Shown here: positions 58,171 through 60,793 of the stretch, piece after piece
Numbering within the stretch: the stretch's first letter is position 1
How the letters are laid out: every line of letters begins with the position of its first letter
NCBI GenBank assembly: GCA_013813355.1
Contig: JACCRT010000054.1
Location: 1-60,793 of the forward strand
Direction of reading: 5' to 3'
DNA: 60,793 nucleotides
From: Acidobacteriota bacterium
GTDB lineage: Bacteria; Acidobacteriota; Vicinamibacteria; Vicinamibacterales; 2-12-FULL-66-21
The notes under the pieces: generated by a model
What the model saw: the letters and a program-made list of their open reading frames with translations, nothing else
Database searches by the model: none
What the model was told of the DNA's origin: nothing
Translations under genes and position numbers: made by a program

Positions 58171-59712
58171 CTACGGCTTACTGCTTCGTACCCGGAATAC
58201 CCTCAGCTCGGGCCCGGGGTGTTCGGCGGTGGGTGTGAAGCGCACAAGCTCCCGGCTCTGTTCGAAGATACGCATGTACTCCGCGTACTCCGCCACATGA
58301 TTCTGCGGATTGGTGAAGTAGGGGCCGTAGCACTGTGAGGAGGCGACGAGATAATCCACGTCAGTATCGACATAATACGCGTAGTCCCGCTCTCGGAGCT
58401 GGCGGACGGTGGCGATCCGGTAGCGATCGGACGGCAGGTCGAACCTCTTGCACTCCATCGTCACGGAGGCTCCCTGCGGCACGTGCTCCGTGATCCAGCG
58501 GTATGCCAGATCGACCGTACCGGTGCGGCTGATCATCCGGTTCCATTTGACGGACTCGATGGCGGGCGGGAGCAGCGTCAGCACGGTAAGCGCCGTGATG
58601 AGCAGCGTTCGCGGCCGGCGCGGAATCTCGTACCGCCGCAGCAGGCTGACCCCGGAGACGACCGCCGCCCCCGCCAGGACGCAAACGAACGGCAGGAGCG
58701 GCAGCAGGTAGCGGCCGAAGATCAGTGCCTGTCGGGACACGAACCAGAAGTAAAGGACGGGAAAGACCACCGCGATGGTCCAGCGCACGCGGCCGGGACC
58801 CCGGATCGCGCGGACGATCCCGAACACAAGACCGCTGAGCACCGCGATCGTGGCCGGCCACTTCAGGCTGTTCTGGAGATGCTTGAACGAGATCGGCCAG
58901 CCGGGCTCTGGAGACCCGCCGGCGTAGCTGCCCGCGAGTTTCGCATAGCCATTGAGGAAGGCCGGCAGATCCAGCACCGTGTAAGGTGCGGCCAGGAGGT
59001 AGCCGGCGAGGCAGCCGCCGAGCACGCCCAGCGCGGCGGACAGCCGCGACGGCTTGGTTCCCGGTGACATCCACGCGGCAAGCAGCGGCAGCACGAGGAC
59101 GATCCCGCCAGTATATTTCGTCGCGGCGGCGAGCCCGGCCGCCGCACCCGCCCAGGCGAAAGACATGGCCCGCTGGTGCTCGCTCGCCCTGAGCGTGAGC
59201 ACGAACGCCAGCGCCACGAAGAAGGTCACGGGCACGTCGGTCAGCACGTAGTGCGACTCGCGCACGTGCAGCGGTATCACGGCCATCAGGGTGGCAGCAA
59301 ACAGCGCATGTCGCGTACCCCAGCGCATGCCGGCGACATAGACGAGCAGGACGGTCAGCACGCCGAGCGTGGCCGTCACGGCGCGCCCCCACAGGTAAAA
59401 ATCGACGGGTCCCACGTCCGCGAGCGAGCGCCAGGTGCCGGCCGTGGCGCCAAGGAGGAACTGGACGGTCGAGACGATGAGCTGGACGTAGATGTAGAGG
59501 GTGGGGTAGTCGAAGAAGTGCGGGTGGAAGTCGCCGCTCTTCATCATTCCCACGGCGCGGTTCATGATCTCCGGTTCATCGATACCCGGGGCGTGCGGGA
59601 GCCCCGCGCCCAGCCCCCAGAAGCGCAGCACGGCGGCGACGGCCAGAATGGCGACGAGCGTCAGGGTGGACTGGCGCATGTCGCTGGCTTCGCGCCATTC
59701 ACGTTCGGCCAA
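58171..59712 (-). CDS. ArnT/PMT family (GT-C) glycosyltransferase
   Basis: A.LRFWGL..G.P....DE, P.FFDYP.LY, SHY..TD, GLA.ATKY and RY.LP..P. The start may be ATG 59679. Confidence 0.85.
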   Translation of the reverse strand: MAEREWREASDMRQSTLTLVAILAVAAVLRFWGLGAGLPHAPGIDEPEIMNRAVGMMKSGDFHPHFFDYPTLYIYVQLIVSTVQFLLGATAGTWRSLADVGPVDFYLWGRAVTATLGVLTVLLVYVAGMRWGTRHALFAATLMAVIPLHVRESHYVLTDVPVTFFVALAFVLTLRASEHQRAMSFAWAGAAAGLAAATKYTGGIVLVLPLLAAWMSPGTKPSRLSAALGVLGGCLAGYLLAAPYTVLDLPAFLNGYAKLAGSYAGGSPEPGWPISFKHLQNSLKWPATIAVLSGLVFGIVRAIRGPGRVRWTIAVVFPVLYFWFVSRQALIFGRYLLPLLPFVCVLAGAAVVSGVSLLRRYEIPRRPRTLLITALTVLTLLPPAIESVKWNRMISRTGTVDLAYRWITEHVPQGASVTMECKRFDLPSDRYRIATVRQLRERDYAYYVDTDVDYLVASSQCYGPYFTNPQNHVAEYAEYMRIFEQSRELVRFTPTAEHPGPELRVFRVRSSKP

Positions 59713-59853
59713 GGAGACTCCTCAAGGTATAGAATCTTCCGGAGCAGAGCGCGCGTCGCGGCCTGCCGCGGGAGCGGCGTGGTATCTGCGTTGGTGTTCG
59801 TAGCCTAAGGCAATCTCGCGCTATTCCGCAACCGGAGAACACGACCCGTTCGC

Positions 59854-60612
59854 ATGGATCTTCTTCTCGAAGCCACCCGCCGCGCCGAACAGCGCCATTT
59901 CTGGTTCAAGGGTTTTCGCAGCTTCGTGCGGCCGCTGGTCGCCGAGGCGCTCGTCGGCCGGGCTGCGCCCGAAATCCTGGACTGCGGCTGCGGCACCGGG
60001 GCGAACCTGAAGATGCTCGGCGAGTTCGGGCGGGCTTCCGGCTTCGATCTGTCGTGGCACGGGCTCGAGTTCGCCCGCGACTACGGCCAGCGCCGAGTGG
60101 CTCATGCGTCCATTACCGACATCCCGTTTGCCAGCGCCCGCTTTGACCTCGCGACGGCCTTCGACGTCCTCTACAGCCTTCCGGGCGAGGCCGAGGGAGC
60201 GGCGATACGCGAACTCCATCGCGTCCTGCGTCCGGGCGGGCACCTCATCGTCAACGTGGCGGCCCTCGACATTCTGCGCGGCAATCATTCGGTGTTCGGT
60301 GGGGAAGTGCGCCGTTCGTCGCGGCGACGGCTGCGGCGGGTGCTGTCGGAAGGCGGTTTCGAGATTCTTCGCCTCACCTACACGAACTTCACGCTCTTCC
60401 CCCTGATGCTCGTCGTCCGTACGGGGCAACGCCTCATCGGCCTGGCGTCGCCGGAAGAGGCCGGGACCGACATCGCGGTGCCGCCGCAACCCGTGAACGC
60501 GGTCCTGACGGGCCTCCTGCAGCTCGAGGCAGCGGCACTCCGCAAGTTCGACATGCCGGTCGGCAGTTCATTGCTGTGCCTGGCGCGCAAGCCGGTTTCG
60601 ACCGGGAGGTGA
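59854..60612 (+). CDS. Class I SAM-dependent methyltransferase
   Basis: E.RHFWF, ILDCGCGTG, IPF...FD....DVL and RVLRPGG. Confidence 0.9.
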   Translation: MDLLLEATRRAEQRHFWFKGFRSFVRPLVAEALVGRAAPEILDCGCGTGANLKMLGEFGRASGFDLSWHGLEFARDYGQRRVAHASITDIPFASARFDLATAFDVLYSLPGEAEGAAIRELHRVLRPGGHLIVNVAALDILRGNHSVFGGEVRRSSRRRLRRVLSEGGFEILRLTYTNFTLFPLMLVVRTGQRLIGLASPEEAGTDIAVPPQPVNAVLTGLLQLEAAALRKFDMPVGSSLLCLARKPVSTGR

Positions 60613-60666
60613 GGGCCGCCCCGACGATAACCCGGCGGGGGCACGCCCCGCCCCGGCGAGCCCTAT

Positions 60667-60793
60667 CAGCCCGTGGTGAAAGTCTGGCTGCATTCGACGG
60701 GCGATGCATCCCCGCGGGCTGCGTTGCTCCTCCCTCAAATACGCGCAGTATTCTCGGTCGTCGCGCCTTGCCCGCGGGGCGCCTCGCCCGTCT
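60667..60793. mobile_element. MITE-like palindromic element, copy 3 (cut by the window end)
   Basis: Starts CTAT|CAGCCCGTGGTGAAAGTCTGGC. 126/127 identical to the reverse complement of 109-235. Confidence 0.88.

Overview
A GC-rich bacterial chromosomal segment. Gene content and repeat style suggest Acidobacteriota, probably Vicinamibacteria (inference). It is mostly housekeeping and envelope genes: uvrA, lpxC, lysA, tmk, rplU-rpmA-obgE-nadD-rsfS-comF, dprA-(topA remnant)-trmFO-xerC, hslVU, tal, an acyl-CoA carboxylase, tamB-tamA-surA-like and two GT-C glycosyltransferases. There is also a signalling cluster of two soluble histidine kinases, a sigma54 activator, an HTH-REC regulator and ECF sigma factors. 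No rRNA, tRNA or CRISPR array was seen. The most interesting signals are: (1) the 3' end of a group II intron whose 3' exon starts exactly 11 nt inside the terminal inverted repeat of a ~158-bp palindromic MITE-like element, present in three copies here, which suggests an intron that homes into a multicopy non-autonomous repeat; (2) several small repeat families, including GTAG-type REP hairpins overlapping TAG stop codons, REP-like palindromes translated in-frame inside TrmFO and an ABC-F protein, and ~160-bp elements with arms built from 8- or 10-nt tandem units; (3) an operon of ECF sigma, STAS, a small acidic protein and a SPASM-first radical SAM enzyme; (4) topA reduced to its C-terminal zinc ribbons at its usual locus; (5) sigma54-type promoters upstream of lpxC and a PEGA-domain gene.
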